A stretch of DNA of 64,000 bases from positions 20,201-84,200 of the forward strand of contig JAAXTX010000001.1 in the NCBI GenBank assembly GCA_013336285.1, in the 5' to 3' direction. Made by a program: the position numbers and the translations under genes. Shown piece after piece: positions 46,356 through 57,552 of this stretch (within the stretch, counting starts at the first letter, position 1; each line of letters begins with the position of its first letter). This DNA comes from Candidatus Moraniibacteriota bacterium. GTDB taxonomy: Bacteria > Patescibacteriota > Minisyncoccia > Moranbacterales > UBA1568. A model generated the notes under the pieces. The model worked only from the letters and a program-made list of their open reading frames with translations. It made no database searches and was not told the DNA's origin.

Positions 46356-47412
46356 GAATCACTCCCGATTGAATCCGCTGGATGAATCTGTAGGTCATAT
46401 AACGCCACGGTGAAAGAACGATATCGTATGTTCCCGGAAAAACGACGGCCGCAGTCGCGGGAGAGAACCCGAATTTGAAACGTGTGATGCCGAGCCATTT
46501 TCCGTGCCCGGACATGAAATCGGCGACATTCACTCCACCGAAATCATACCACGAACACCCTCTCCGTTTCGCTTCGCGCATGCCCTCCCACTGGAGAAGG
46601 AACGGGGCCATGTCCGCCCGGAAACGGTCGTCCGATCCTCCATGCAGATACGTGGCAGTCTTGCCATGGAAGATGACCAGGTTCGCGGCGACAACCGTTC
46701 CTTCCTTCTCGGCCACGAAAATCACGCCGTCCTCACCGAGAAGCGCCGTGCACATCGCCTCATAGTACGTTTTCGGATGCGGGACGATGCCTTTCCGATC
46801 TGCGGTTCCCGTCACGAGCCTGATGAACGCTTCACGATATTTCCGCTCCGTCGAAACGGCGATGCTTACTCCGCGCTTTTCGGCTATACGGATATTGTAT
46901 CTTGTCTTCGATTTCATCGCCGACAGCAAGTTCTCCTCGGAAGGGGCCAGACCGACACGAAACGTCTCGCGTGGCTGCATATCATGAGGCGCCCTTACTG
47001 TCATCATGTCTTTCGCCGCATCACGAATCCCTGAAAGCACGTCCGCCGTCTCCGGCTCGATCCGTATCCACCCGATTTTCAATTCCTTCGCCTTCGTAAA
47101 CAGCATCTCCATTATGCCATTCAACTCTCCCTTCTTGATTCTTAATTCTTTATTCCCAGCTTCCGTTTGATCATTGAGAATTGATGCCTTGGTGCTATTT
47201 CGAAATCCATCCCCCTTGTTTTCCGTTACCTGTTCGCTATTGACTGTCTTTGGCCCCCTCGGCACATACAGATACTCTCCCACGATCGGCAACCGATGAA
47301 CAACCCCGTTCGCGATCCAGCCCTCACCGCAAATACGAGCGGTCCGTCTTCCGACCGTTTCCTGAAACCGCATCCATTCTTCCGACTGAAGTAACTCGTC
47401 CGTCATATTCAT
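46339..47412 (-). CDS. FemAB-family aminoacyltransferase (peptidoglycan interpeptide bridge formation)
   Basis: FemX-like motifs (LLQSEEWMRFQ; KTRYNIRIAEKRGV; YLHGGSD). Adjacent to the Mur ligase. Start chosen at internal MNMTDE. Confidence 0.65.
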   Translation of the reverse strand: MNMTDELLQSEEWMRFQETVGRRTARICGEGWIANGVVHRLPIVGEYLYVPRGPKTVNSEQVTENKGDGFRNSTKASILNDQTEAGNKELRIKKGELNGIMEMLFTKAKELKIGWIRIEPETADVLSGIRDAAKDMMTVRAPHDMQPRETFRVGLAPSEENLLSAMKSKTRYNIRIAEKRGVSIAVSTERKYREAFIRLVTGTADRKGIVPHPKTYYEAMCTALLGEDGVIFVAEKEGTVVAANLVIFHGKTATYLHGGSDDRFRADMAPFLLQWEGMREAKRRGCSWYDFGGVNVADFMSGHGKWLGITRFKFGFSPATAAVVFPGTYDIVLSPWRYMTYRFIQRIQSGVIHVFGK

Positions 47413-47589
47413 CCGATTTTCCGATTTCAAAATGGAATTCATTCGATGTTGAGTCAAAACTCAAGGCCGCCCCGACTCTATAGACTTATGACCTTACTGA
47501 CTTTATCAACCGTTCCCGTTCAAGTTTCGAAATTCCCCAAACTTTCGACTTTATGGACCTTACAGACTTTATGGACTTGCGATTCATCC

Positions 47590-48165
47590 CTATTTCTTCT
47601 TTCCTAACAGCCTCAATGCCGCACGGACCTTCTCGCCGACATCCTTCGTTTCGGTCGGGACGACCTTGAGCGCGTCGCGTGCCTCCGAAACCTTGTACCC
47701 GAGCGACAGGAGCGCCTCGATCGCGTCGCCGTCCGGAGTCTGAACGCCGGTGCCCTTTCCGGTCGGTGCCGATACCCGGTTCTGAAGTTCGACGATGACC
47801 TTTTCCGCGGTCTTCTTGCCGACACCCGACACCTGGGTAAGGAGCGACGGATCACGATTCACGATCGCTGTCCGGATAGTATCCGGGTCCGCTATAGCGA
47901 GGATGCCAAGCGCCGCCTTCGGACCGATGCCGGAAACCGAAATAAGGGACTCGAAGATGGAGAGCTCGTCTTCTGAAAGAAATCCGTAGAGTGCGAGTGC
48001 GTCCTCACGGACATGGGTATGTATATGAAAGGATACCTCGTCCGTTCCGGCGATCTTGCCAAGTACGTATGCCGAAACACTCACCTTATACCCGACACCG
48101 GACACGTCCACGATGACGGCACCGTCCCGTATGCCAAGATTTCTACCCGAAAGCCATGCGATCAT
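47590..48165 (-). CDS. ruvA: Holliday junction DNA helicase subunit RuvA
   Basis: MIAWLSGRNLGIRDGAVIVDVSGVGYKVSVS N-terminal OB domain, HhH motifs (SGIGPKAALGIL; GVGKKTAEKVIVEL) and C-terminal domain III. The track ORF is artificially extended upstream. Confidence 0.8.
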   Translation of the reverse strand: MIAWLSGRNLGIRDGAVIVDVSGVGYKVSVSAYVLGKIAGTDEVSFHIHTHVREDALALYGFLSEDELSIFESLISVSGIGPKAALGILAIADPDTIRTAIVNRDPSLLTQVSGVGKKTAEKVIVELQNRVSAPTGKGTGVQTPDGDAIEALLSLGYKVSEARDALKVVPTETKDVGEKVRAALRLLGKKK

Positions 48166-48302
48166 ACCGGTTGTTTCATGAATGGGATCCTCCTCATGAT
48201 AGCGGATTCCGGGTCGGTACGCCACGACTTGCCAGAATCCGGAAGCCGTGATAGAAAGGGAAGGACCTCGAATCGGGTCTTTTTTCATCATCAAGAGCAG
48301 CC

Positions 48303-48573
48303 TATGCCTATCAAAAAGAACGCCAAGAAGTACATGCGCGTGACCGAGCACAAGACGGCCCGCAACAAAGTCGTGAAGGGCGTGCTGAAGAGCGCCGTCA
48401 AGACCGCCCGCGAAGCCGTTGTCGCCGGCAAGATCGACGACGCCAAAGACATGTTCAGGAAGGCGCAGAAGGCCATCGACAAGGCCGTCGCGAAGGGCAT
48501 CCTCAAGAAAAATACCGCAGCCCGCAAGAAATCCCGCCTCAACGCCCTCATCAAGAAGGCCGTGGTCAAGTAG
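48303..48573 (+). CDS. rpsT: 30S ribosomal protein S20
   Basis: MPIKKNAKKYMRVTEHKTARNKVVK....ILKKNTAARKKSRLNALIKKA is typical S20 sequence. 90 aa. Followed by a terminator. Confidence 0.85.
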
Positions 48574-48601
48574 CCAGCCCGTTCTCCCGATTTCAGACAA
48601 G

Positions 48602-48634
48602 AAAAAACCCCGCCATTCGGTGGGGTTTTTCGTT
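48602..48634. terminator. bidirectional rho-independent terminator after rpsT
   Basis: AAAAAACCCCGCC-attcg-GTGGGGTTTTTCG. Confidence 0.6.
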
Positions 48635-48665
48635 GATGGTTTTCTGTCAGCCGTACGATAACGGG

Positions 48666-49556
48666 TCAATACCCCATGCGGGAAAATACCACGCCGAGAC
48701 TCGACCAGCCGACGTTGGGGCCTTCCTCCTCAAGGAAGCCTCCGAACGTCGACGTCATGCCGAACGTCACGAACTTCCCTCGGGACGTGGGTGTGAGTGT
48801 TCGGGACACGCCATCGCGGAACATCCCGTCTCCGGTTTCCTTGCTGAGGAGAAATCGGTATACCGCATTCGGGAACGGTTCAAAGAGAAGATTGGTGATC
48901 CGACAAGAAGCCAGAAGCCCCGTTGCGTCGGCTACTCTGCCTTCGCCGTATAGCAGGTTACAGGCAGCCATTCTTTCCGATCCGTTTTTTCTCCCGCAGG
49001 AAGATCCGCAGCGACCGGTTTCCCTCTCCGGATTCCAATCGAGAAGCGCCTCCCCGAACACCGAATCCGGAGGAATTGCGCCGTCAAAAAGTTCCGCTTC
49101 GACATATTCGACAAGAGAGTCGATCAATTCGATCATATGCTTGTTCCTTGACTGCGGTAGGATATCTGAAGATACGAGTTGCCACCCCGACCGCGGCGTT
49201 CCACTGAAGACCAGTGGGTCGTTCGGCAGTTTATACGGATCGTCCAATATGACCCCATCAGGATCGAATTGTCCCTTGTTAAGGAAAAACGGTCCCCCGG
49301 GATCCGATGTGTTCCGTCCACCGGACAGCGCCCCGGATGCCATCTCGGCCAAACGGAGCGGCCGTTCACCGATGCGGTCATGATAGTAAACGAGCAAGCC
49401 ATGCTGACTCGCATGCAGTTCAAGCGTGTCGAGCGAAAAAGGGATCCGGGGAAGTTCAAACGTGATGTCGAAGACATCTTTTGCCGCACTCGGACTGAAA
49501 TAACGGTCGTCGAAAAGTCGCTGGGCCGTTTCGAGAGAAGCGCCTGAGTTCGCCAT
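48666..49556 (-). CDS. hypothetical protein (296 aa)
   Basis: Long ORF with no recognisable motifs. Confidence 0.4.
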   Translation of the reverse strand: MANSGASLETAQRLFDDRYFSPSAAKDVFDITFELPRIPFSLDTLELHASQHGLLVYYHDRIGERPLRLAEMASGALSGGRNTSDPGGPFFLNKGQFDPDGVILDDPYKLPNDPLVFSGTPRSGWQLVSSDILPQSRNKHMIELIDSLVEYVEAELFDGAIPPDSVFGEALLDWNPERETGRCGSSCGRKNGSERMAACNLLYGEGRVADATGLLASCRITNLLFEPFPNAVYRFLLSKETGDGMFRDGVSRTLTPTSRGKFVTFGMTSTFGGFLEEEGPNVGWSSLGVVFSRMGY

Positions 49557-49656
49557 GGAAATCTCCTTGATATTTTAATGTTCAAAAAACCAGCACTTCG
49601 CTGGTCGGCCATGATACCACCTCAGTATGGAAAAATCAACGGATCATCCGATCGAG

Positions 49657-50607
49657 TCACAATTTCTCCACGAAAAGCGTCAGGGCAAGCTCGTCACCCA
49701 TGCGACCAGTCTTCATATCGGCATCCAACGACGCAAGCAGTGAGAATCCCGATTTCAGACGGGCAAACGGGAAGGCATCCATCCGTGACAATAATTTTCC
49801 GACGAGATACGGCTTCATGCCGGTCGCACGAGCGATATCGTCCGCTCGGATATTTCCTCGGTCATATTCCCCCCGGACCTTGAACAGTTCGCGCATCTGC
49901 CAGGCGAGTAACCCGAACACTTTCGGAACGCCACCGCCATTTCGCGCCTCGCGGAGAAGCATTGACGCCGCCCTGCCGCGGTTACCGACCAAGAGTGCGT
50001 CAAGTGCGTCGAACACCTTTTCAATCGGATTCTCCTCCGTGAACAATGCGATGTCGGCTACGGTTATCTCGCCGGATTCCCGATAAGAAACAAGCGTCTC
50101 AGCAAGACTCGAGAGTCGTGCCGAATCGGATTCACACGCCGAAACGGCCTTTATAGCGGCTTCGCGGGCACAGGAAACGGCATACGAAGATCGTTTGATT
50201 TCGGCAATAAAGAATTTTGTCGCATCGGATGAATTCATGATGTCGAACACTTCCGTTTTTCCGGCGTGTTTTTTCAGATACGCGAACAACGGATTCTTAG
50301 CCAAAGGAGCGGTGGTTTCCGAAAACAGCATCGACACGGAACCGGTAATCCCTTTCAATCCCTCTACGGTCGCTTTCTGCGTCTCATCGGAACATTCGCA
50401 CGCCCCCCTGATGTCGATCAGCTTTACCGAGGAAAACAGGTCATCCGCGATAGCGGAAACGATATCCGAAGGAAGCGACTCACGTCGGTCGCCTGCATGA
50501 ATAGCAACGATGGTGCCGTCCGGGTATTTTTTTCTGAAGGCGTCACGGAGTTCCGTCCGACGTCGGACGGTCCGGTACCCGTCTTTTCCATACATGAGGA
50601 TGACCAT
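49657..50607 (-). CDS. holA: DNA polymerase III delta subunit (HolA)-like
   Basis: 316 aa. N-terminal MVILMYGKDGY...  C-terminal helical domain with GMKPYLVGKLL. Overall delta-subunit-like arrangement; low sequence conservation is expected for this family. Confidence 0.5.
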   Translation of the reverse strand: MVILMYGKDGYRTVRRRTELRDAFRKKYPDGTIVAIHAGDRRESLPSDIVSAIADDLFSSVKLIDIRGACECSDETQKATVEGLKGITGSVSMLFSETTAPLAKNPLFAYLKKHAGKTEVFDIMNSSDATKFFIAEIKRSSYAVSCAREAAIKAVSACESDSARLSSLAETLVSYRESGEITVADIALFTEENPIEKVFDALDALLVGNRGRAASMLLREARNGGGVPKVFGLLAWQMRELFKVRGEYDRGNIRADDIARATGMKPYLVGKLLSRMDAFPFARLKSGFSLLASLDADMKTGRMGDELALTLFVEKL

Positions 50608-50689
50608 AGTGAATACGATATATGTACCCCATTATACCAAAACGCCCCGATATTGTCGGGGCGTCACTCAAAGCACCGGGTCGATAAGA

Positions 50690-51892
50690 CTAGGCCGCCG
50701 GTTTCCATTCCACGCTCTGGGCGGGAATGACTACCTCGACCCAGATCTGTCCCGTGACGAACTTGACCTCTTTCCCGGACTCGTCATAGAAGAACAGTTT
50801 GGAATCGGCGCCCGCCCTGGACTTCTTCCAAGTCCCTTTTATTTCCTGGCCGTTCAGATAATATTTGGCTGAGCCGCTATCCGTCGTATCAAACCACGGA
50901 TCGCCAAGCTGAAGGTTATTGTATCGTCCGGAAATATTCGTCGGGCCCGTTTTCTCACCGTCAGGAAGGTTCGCCCAAGGATCCTGCACGCCGCGAGCCT
51001 TGTAATCCACATCGGCCATAATCTGCTCGTTCTCAGCCGTTACGACGACGATATTCTTCGGGGCGATACGCTGTCCATTATTGCGGTCCGTATCCGGTGT
51101 GCCTCCCCATGTGCGGAGATATGAATTCGTTCCCCTGTCATAGTCATACTCGGCTTCCATTATGCCCGGATAACCGACTCGGAGATGTCCGCCGCTCGGA
51201 CGTTCGGATTCCACGGCATCAGCCTGGTGCGGATATCCAGCAAACGTGGTCGTGGAGCTGTATCCGAATTCCTTCGCGCAATCAAGTATGGACTGCCCTT
51301 TCGCATACCCGGTATCCTCGACACGCATCAGGCCAGTCCGTTCCTTGCGAAAACAGCACTGCGGGGCTTTCTTCCCTCCCTGTCCGTTGCAGTCTATATT
51401 ATCGATTACGCCCTCGTTGAGTTTCTGTATGGCAAATGCCGATCCTCCCCAACCCACGAATATCGCGTCAAGCCCTTTGGCGATGTTGATATAATCATGC
51501 CGAGCGCTTCGCAAGGCACCTATCTCGGTCGGCATATCGCACAGATACACTCCCATAAGCCGCGTAACGAAAATTCCCTCGGCCGGATTCGGCATCTCGA
51601 ATACCATGTCCGCCTGCGAAAATCCTGCGACGGGACGGGCTTGAATATCCACAGGCTGCATGAACGCGAACGGTCGGCGATTCCAATTGTCGCAGGCGAG
51701 TCCGGAAATCGGACTCACGTTCCCCTCATTGAGCGGACCCTGGGTCACGCCTCCCTGTGAGGCGGTGTTCTCCATGCTGATCTTGTCTGTACGGACCCGA
51801 CGGAGCGCGTCCCGACCCACCGTGACATAAGTGATAATCCCGGCGATGACGACAGCCAACACCGCGATGATGATTTTCTGTCTCTTATCCAT
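50690..51892 (-). CDS. membrane-anchored/exported protein (possible DUF3048/YerB-like)
   Basis: Start at MDKRQKIIIAVLAVVIAGIITYV (signal anchor). ~400 aa extracytoplasmic region with no catalytic motifs recognised. Confidence 0.4.
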   Translation of the reverse strand: MDKRQKIIIAVLAVVIAGIITYVTVGRDALRRVRTDKISMENTASQGGVTQGPLNEGNVSPISGLACDNWNRRPFAFMQPVDIQARPVAGFSQADMVFEMPNPAEGIFVTRLMGVYLCDMPTEIGALRSARHDYINIAKGLDAIFVGWGGSAFAIQKLNEGVIDNIDCNGQGGKKAPQCCFRKERTGLMRVEDTGYAKGQSILDCAKEFGYSSTTTFAGYPHQADAVESERPSGGHLRVGYPGIMEAEYDYDRGTNSYLRTWGGTPDTDRNNGQRIAPKNIVVVTAENEQIMADVDYKARGVQDPWANLPDGEKTGPTNISGRYNNLQLGDPWFDTTDSGSAKYYLNGQEIKGTWKKSRAGADSKLFFYDESGKEVKFVTGQIWVEVVIPAQSVEWKPAA

Positions 51893-51998
51893 AACAAAAG
51901 GGGGTTGATTAAGCTTTCCGATAAAGTATACCACAGGAAACGCGCTTCCCGCGACCCACCGACGACATATAAAAAGCGGGTCATACGAACCCGCTTGT

Positions 51999-52355
51999 TC
52001 AACCGCAAGGATTGAGTCTTTTGTACTCATTATGAATGCGGGAATCGAGGTAGGTGAACGTCGAGATGTTCGGTCTCAGAAGGATGAGACGTGAACCGTC
52101 CCTGATCTCTTCGAATCGTACCGAGACTTTTTCCCTCATTCCGACGACAGAAGCGACGAATAGTCGCCTTCCAGTATCATATCGATACCGGATCTTGCCA
52201 CCGATATCGATGACTTCTTCACCGATTTCCCTCTGCTTGGGCGTTATCGCGCTCCGAAGAAGATTCCTGGAAAACGAGTCGATCGCCAAGACCACCGCCT
52301 CACGGCACAGTACCGATATGGTCGGTCTTTCCGCACACATTTCATTCGTACCCAT
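51999..52355 (-). CDS. hypothetical small protein (possible PRC-barrel-like)
   Basis: 118-aa ORF. Weak call. Confidence 0.3.
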   Translation of the reverse strand: MGTNEMCAERPTISVLCREAVVLAIDSFSRNLLRSAITPKQREIGEEVIDIGGKIRYRYDTGRRLFVASVVGMREKVSVRFEEIRDGSRLILLRPNISTFTYLDSRIHNEYKRLNPCG

Positions 52356-52463
52356 GTGCTGCTCCCTTGTTAAGATTCCTAAGATGCGGACATTCGAACT
52401 GTACAGCTTCCAAGGAATGAAATCAACCCTTCTCCGTCAAGCATATAAAAGCCGGTATCCCAT

Positions 52464-53984
52464 TCAGGATACCGGCTTCAGATCCGCTCCGATCACCTTC
52501 CTCGCAACGATATGAAAATGATACCAAAGCACCCAATGCTCTATGGCGGCGGGAAGCGCTCGAATATTATTCTTCATTGCCCCGAAGAGACTTTTCCAGT
52601 ACCATTTCCGCGCACGGGAAAAAAATCCTATCAGCACCATACTCAGAAAGAACGCCTGCGTGCCTCCCCAAGAAAGACCCTGTCTCAACGAGTCGTTCGG
52701 CCGATAATGGAGAAGGAACAATTGTAAACGCCGATCATACCGTTCGGGAGAGTATATGGCCGAAACGATCCGACCATATCCCTTTTCAAGCTCCTCGGGA
52801 GACATATTTTTCGGAATATAGCCGACACTGCCGTCGGTATTGTCGCCGGTCGACTTCCCAAGCAGTCTTCCTTCGGATTCCAGGCGCTTATATAACTTCG
52901 TTCCCGGCAAAGCCTGAAGCGTCCCGACCATAGCGGTCATGATACCGGTTTCCTGGATGAATCGGATCATCTTCCCGAAGGTCTCCCCGGTGTCCGAATC
53001 GAATCCGATAACGAATCCCGCCTGTACCTGGATTCCGGCCGACAAGAGCCGACCGACGGCTTTTGGGACGTCGACACCTACGTTTTGGTGTTTATTCGAT
53101 GCGATCAGACTTTCGATTTCCGGCGTTTCGATACCTATAAACACGCGGAAGAACACGGCCCTTCTCATCAAATCGATCAATTCCTCGTCGTCTGCCAGGG
53201 TGATGTCGACCTGGGTGTAGAACTGGAACGGATACCCGTGCTTCTCCTGAAACTTGGCGGTTTCAGCGAGAACGAGCTTTGCCTTCTTGATATTCGCGAT
53301 GAAGTTATCATCGACGAAAAAAACGGATCCCTTCCAGCCCGTGCGGCGAAGCGATTCCAACTCCGCGACCACCATTGACTCGCTTTTCAAACGTATCCTG
53401 CGACCGAACAGGTCTATCACGTTACAGAACTCACAATCCCACACGCAACCCCGTCCCGACTGCACTGCCATGGAACTGTACTTGTGCATATTCTTTCGGA
53501 CAAGGTCCCATCTCGGAATGGGCGTTTCCCTGAGATCGGCCCAAGTATTCGGCTCCGGTTTATACACCGGATCGATATTTCCGGATTCGATGTCCCGTAG
53601 AAATCGTGGAAACGTCAATTCCGCCTCCCCCAGCACCAGGTGATCTGCCAGGCCGGAGAACCGTTCGGGGTCGGCCGTTGCCATCGGTCCTCCAAGAACC
53701 GTCCTCTTTCCGAGTGCGCGACATCTGGTAAGAACCAGTTCCGTCGCCTCGCTCTGAGCGAGCATGGCACTTACGAGAATGATATCCGACGCTTCAATCA
53801 TTTTTTCAGTCAGCCGTTCGACATTCTCGTCTACCAAAACGGTTTTCCACTGTCTCGGAATCATGGCGCCGACCGTCAGGAGTCCGAGTGGAGGAAATGC
53901 CGCTTTTTTCCCAGTAAACTTCAAGGCATGCTTGAAGCTCCAAAACGTATCCGTACATTCCGGATACACCAATAGAACGTTCAT
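52464..53984 (-). CDS. B12-binding domain radical SAM protein (DUF4070-type C-terminus)
   Basis: N-terminal cobalamin-binding-like domain (MNVLLVYPE...DIILVSAM). Radical SAM cluster motif SGRGCVWDCEFC. 506 aa. Confidence 0.75.
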   Translation of the reverse strand: MNVLLVYPECTDTFWSFKHALKFTGKKAAFPPLGLLTVGAMIPRQWKTVLVDENVERLTEKMIEASDIILVSAMLAQSEATELVLTRCRALGKRTVLGGPMATADPERFSGLADHLVLGEAELTFPRFLRDIESGNIDPVYKPEPNTWADLRETPIPRWDLVRKNMHKYSSMAVQSGRGCVWDCEFCNVIDLFGRRIRLKSESMVVAELESLRRTGWKGSVFFVDDNFIANIKKAKLVLAETAKFQEKHGYPFQFYTQVDITLADDEELIDLMRRAVFFRVFIGIETPEIESLIASNKHQNVGVDVPKAVGRLLSAGIQVQAGFVIGFDSDTGETFGKMIRFIQETGIMTAMVGTLQALPGTKLYKRLESEGRLLGKSTGDNTDGSVGYIPKNMSPEELEKGYGRIVSAIYSPERYDRRLQLFLLHYRPNDSLRQGLSWGGTQAFFLSMVLIGFFSRARKWYWKSLFGAMKNNIRALPAAIEHWVLWYHFHIVARKVIGADLKPVS

Positions 53985-54291
53985 CTAAGCCCCCTCTTAT
54001 TTTCATGTTAAAGACTTCTATGTTAATGACCTTGCCAATATCTCTCCTTTTTCTTCGAGATCGGAAGAAAAGTATTTCATAGTACCCGTATCACCGAGCT
54101 TTCGCAAGTCTTCCGCGACATTCGCGCTTACTCCGAGTGGTTCTTCAAACCGATTCGTTTTCGATCCCGGTATGATTTTGCCGCCGACTGTTTCCCGCTT
54201 TCAATTGTAACGTTCGCCGCCGGCGATGGTACGGGACATTGTCCTGCTTACCACAGTAACTCGCAAACAAGTTGACCGACAAATATATTCT

Positions 54292-56958
54292 TTACGCTTT
54301 CAGGCTCCCCCAGTCCTTTCCGATCGCCGTTTCGGCGATGAGAGGGACTCGCAGTCGATATGCCGATTCCATGACGCGTTTCGCCTCTGTCGCGAATTCC
54401 TCGGCAATCGCTTCCTTTACTTCGAAAATGAGTTCGTCGTGTACCTGAAGCAACATCCGCGCCTGGTCACCGTACTTCGGCAGCATTTCCGAAACGCGAA
54501 TCATGGCAAGTTTTACGATATCGGCCTCAAGCCCCTGGATAGGCATATTGATCGCCATGCGTTCGCCGGACTGTGCCAGATTCCGATTCTGACTCGATAT
54601 CTCGGGCACATATCGGCGACGGCCAAGTTCCGTCTCCACATACCCCTTCTCCCGCGCGAGTGTCTTCATCGATTCCATATAGGATGTGACACCCGGAAAT
54701 TTCCTGAAATATGTTTCGATGAACTCAGCCGCCTCCGTCGTGGGAATACCGAGACTCTGAGAAAGACCGTACGCGCTCATGCCGTACATGAGTCCGAAAT
54801 TGAACACTTTCGCCTGACGCCTCATATCGCTCGTCACTTCTTCGGGCATCACGCCAAAGACTGCCGATGCCGTCGCCTTATGGACATCCTCGCCTGTGGC
54901 GAACGATGTCATGAGCGATTCGTCGCCGCTCACGTGTGCCATAACGCGAAGCTCGATCTGCGAGTAATCGGCGCCCACGAAGAGATGCCCGGGTTCCGCT
55001 TCGAACGCGCCACGGATCGCGACGCTCCACTTTTCCCTTGCCGGAATATTCTGCAGGTTCGGCTCGGTAGAGGAAAGACGGCCGGTCGTCGTCACCGCCT
55101 GCTGATATGTCGTATGGATTCGCGACTGCGCGTCGACAAGCGATGGAAAGGCGTCGAGATATGTCGTCTTCAGTTTGAAAAGTTCCCGTTCCTCCTCCAC
55201 GAGGGAAACGATCGGATACTCCTTGAGTTTCGCGAGTTCCGTCGACGCCGTGGAAATGCCGGTCTTCGTCCTTTTGAGACCGGTCGTGGGGATCGCAAGA
55301 TCGACGAAAAGCACTTCCGCAAGCTGCTTTGGCGAATTGATATTGAATTCCTTTCCGGCAAGATCGAAGACCTTCCGTTCCACCGTCTTGAGTTCCTTGC
55401 CCAACGTATCCGAAAGGTCACGGAACTTTCCGGTATTGAGTCGGATCCCTTCCCGCTCCATATTCGCGAGAATCGGGATGAGCGGAATTTCGACTTCGGC
55501 AAACAACCGGGAGAGATTCCACTGCCCGGCCTGCTCGCGCGAAACCGACCCCATCTTATCGCGCAGCCGCGACGAGAGACGGGATATGCCCTCCGCGACG
55601 GATGCGAACGTTTCGGGATCGAATTCCTCAAGCAGCAAATGTTCGAGCTCGATCCTCGTTCCCGCCTGAAGCAGATAGCTGGCGACCATCGTGTCGAACG
55701 CAATGCCGGCAAGCTTGATATCCTCATCGCGAAGCGTATGCCATGCGGCCTTCGCGTCATGAAAGACCTTCGGTATCTTTCCGTCCTCGAGGAATTCTTT
55801 TATTACGACTTTCGTTTCATCGTTCCATTCCGCCGTAACGGCGCCATTCGCATGAGCGAGTTCGACCGTCTCGATACCGGCGCTTCCGAAGAGCGACGCT
55901 TCGCCGGAAACGATATTCACCGCCACTCTCTCACCTTCCGTTTCGTGAAGAAACGTCTTCACCTCCTCCGGTGTTTTCAATACCTTCGGCTTTTTCTTTT
56001 TCCCTTCCCTCTGCGTTCCTCCTTCCGCATTCCTTTTGCCTGATTCTTTATTCATCATTCGTGATTCCGTTCCGCCAGGTATGCGTTTCAGCAGACTGAA
56101 AAATCCGTTCGCCCTGAACAGTTCCGCCACGACGACCGTGTCGAAATCGCGGGCTACGCAGGCCGCCGGATCGAACGCGACCGGAGCGTTCGTGTCGATC
56201 GTTCCGAGCTCCTTCGAGAAAAACGCCATCTCCCTGTCCGCGACAAGTTTTTTTCGTACCGTCTCTTTCACCGAATCAAGCGAGTCATAGACTTTCTCGA
56301 GCGATCCGAATTCCCGAAGCAGGTCCGTCGCCGTCTTCACGCCGATTCCCGCCACGCCGGGAATATTGTCCGAGTTATCGCCCGCAAGCCCCTTGTAATC
56401 GGGAATGGCAGCGGGAAGAAAACCATATTTGGCCATGACCGCCGCCTTGTCGTAAAGCACGATGTCCTTCACGCCCTTGCGAAGCGCGAAGACCTTCACC
56501 AGAGGCGTCACCAGCTGTAACGCGTCATTGTCACCCGTGACGATAACCGTCGGGATACCGAGCTCGGACGCCTGTCTCGCGAGCGTTCCCACGCAATCGT
56601 CCGCCTCGAATCCTTCCTGCTCATAGATCGGAATGTTGAACGCGCGGACCAGATCCTTCACGAGCGGAATCTGGGCATACAGATCGTCCGGTGCCTTGAC
56701 CCGGGTCGCCTTGTAGTCGGCGAACTTCTCATGACGGAAGGTCGGCACGGCCAAATCGAACGACGCGGCGATGTATTCCGGATGAAACTTCTCCAGGACG
56801 GACAAAAGCGTCATCGCCACGCCATACACGGCACCGACGGTCTGCCCGGCCTTGTTCGTCAGGGGCGGCAACGCATGATACGCGCGATGAATGAGCGCGT
56901 TCCCGTCAAGAAGTACGAGAATTTTTTCTTCCGATTTCTTTGCCATAGAGTTTTTCAA
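54292..56958 (-). CDS. polA: DNA polymerase I (5'-3' exonuclease + polymerase domains)
   Basis: 888 aa. N-terminal 5' nuclease (LVLLDGNALIHRAYHAL). C-terminal family-A polymerase motifs (DYSQIELR; KVFNFGLMYG; QVHDELIFE). Confidence 0.9.
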   Translation of the reverse strand: MKNSMAKKSEEKILVLLDGNALIHRAYHALPPLTNKAGQTVGAVYGVAMTLLSVLEKFHPEYIAASFDLAVPTFRHEKFADYKATRVKAPDDLYAQIPLVKDLVRAFNIPIYEQEGFEADDCVGTLARQASELGIPTVIVTGDNDALQLVTPLVKVFALRKGVKDIVLYDKAAVMAKYGFLPAAIPDYKGLAGDNSDNIPGVAGIGVKTATDLLREFGSLEKVYDSLDSVKETVRKKLVADREMAFFSKELGTIDTNAPVAFDPAACVARDFDTVVVAELFRANGFFSLLKRIPGGTESRMMNKESGKRNAEGGTQREGKKKKPKVLKTPEEVKTFLHETEGERVAVNIVSGEASLFGSAGIETVELAHANGAVTAEWNDETKVVIKEFLEDGKIPKVFHDAKAAWHTLRDEDIKLAGIAFDTMVASYLLQAGTRIELEHLLLEEFDPETFASVAEGISRLSSRLRDKMGSVSREQAGQWNLSRLFAEVEIPLIPILANMEREGIRLNTGKFRDLSDTLGKELKTVERKVFDLAGKEFNINSPKQLAEVLFVDLAIPTTGLKRTKTGISTASTELAKLKEYPIVSLVEEERELFKLKTTYLDAFPSLVDAQSRIHTTYQQAVTTTGRLSSTEPNLQNIPAREKWSVAIRGAFEAEPGHLFVGADYSQIELRVMAHVSGDESLMTSFATGEDVHKATASAVFGVMPEEVTSDMRRQAKVFNFGLMYGMSAYGLSQSLGIPTTEAAEFIETYFRKFPGVTSYMESMKTLAREKGYVETELGRRRYVPEISSQNRNLAQSGERMAINMPIQGLEADIVKLAMIRVSEMLPKYGDQARMLLQVHDELIFEVKEAIAEEFATEAKRVMESAYRLRVPLIAETAIGKDWGSLKA

Positions 56959-57139
56959 ACGTTACCGACTTTCGACTTTATGGACTTTAAGACCTTATGG
57001 ACTTGTACCATTCAACTTTCCGCTTCTATTACAGCCTTTTTCCGGGGAAAAGTAAACCGGTCGGCACGATAGCGACCGCAGGCGCGAAAAAGGCGGGGTT
57101 CAACCCGCCTCATTGAAAACCATTATGCGATCACGGCAT

Positions 57140-57520
57140 TTATTCTCCTCCAAGAAGCTTTGTCCGAAGATCGTCCGCCCTTGCCGAATCGACCGCTTCG
57201 CCGGTTTGCTTTTCGATCTCGCCCGCTTCCCGCTCTATCGCGGCAATCTCATCTTCGAATTCATTTTTCGCCGCATCAAGATCGTCGGTATATTTCCGAT
57301 ATGCTGCCTGATATTCCGGGTCGTTCTCATCAAGAGCACCGCCATCCTCCTCGAATGCCTTATCGATCTCGTCGTAAAGGGCATCCTCGACTCCGTCGAG
57401 TACCGCGATCGGGTCGTCGCCACGCTCCAACATGGCTATGAACTCGGCCTTCTTCTTATCATCAAGCCCGTTGACATCTTTGACGAACCCGATCACCTCT
57501 TCTTTGGTATCCATGGCCAT
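57140..57520 (-). CDS. small acidic hypothetical protein
   Basis: 126 aa, very Asp/Glu-rich. Confidence 0.35.
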   Translation of the reverse strand: MAMDTKEEVIGFVKDVNGLDDKKKAEFIAMLERGDDPIAVLDGVEDALYDEIDKAFEEDGGALDENDPEYQAAYRKYTDDLDAAKNEFEDEIAAIEREAGEIEKQTGEAVDSARADDLRTKLLGGE

Positions 57521-57552
57521 AGGATTTTCGTTAGTGACAAACGCCCCGACTG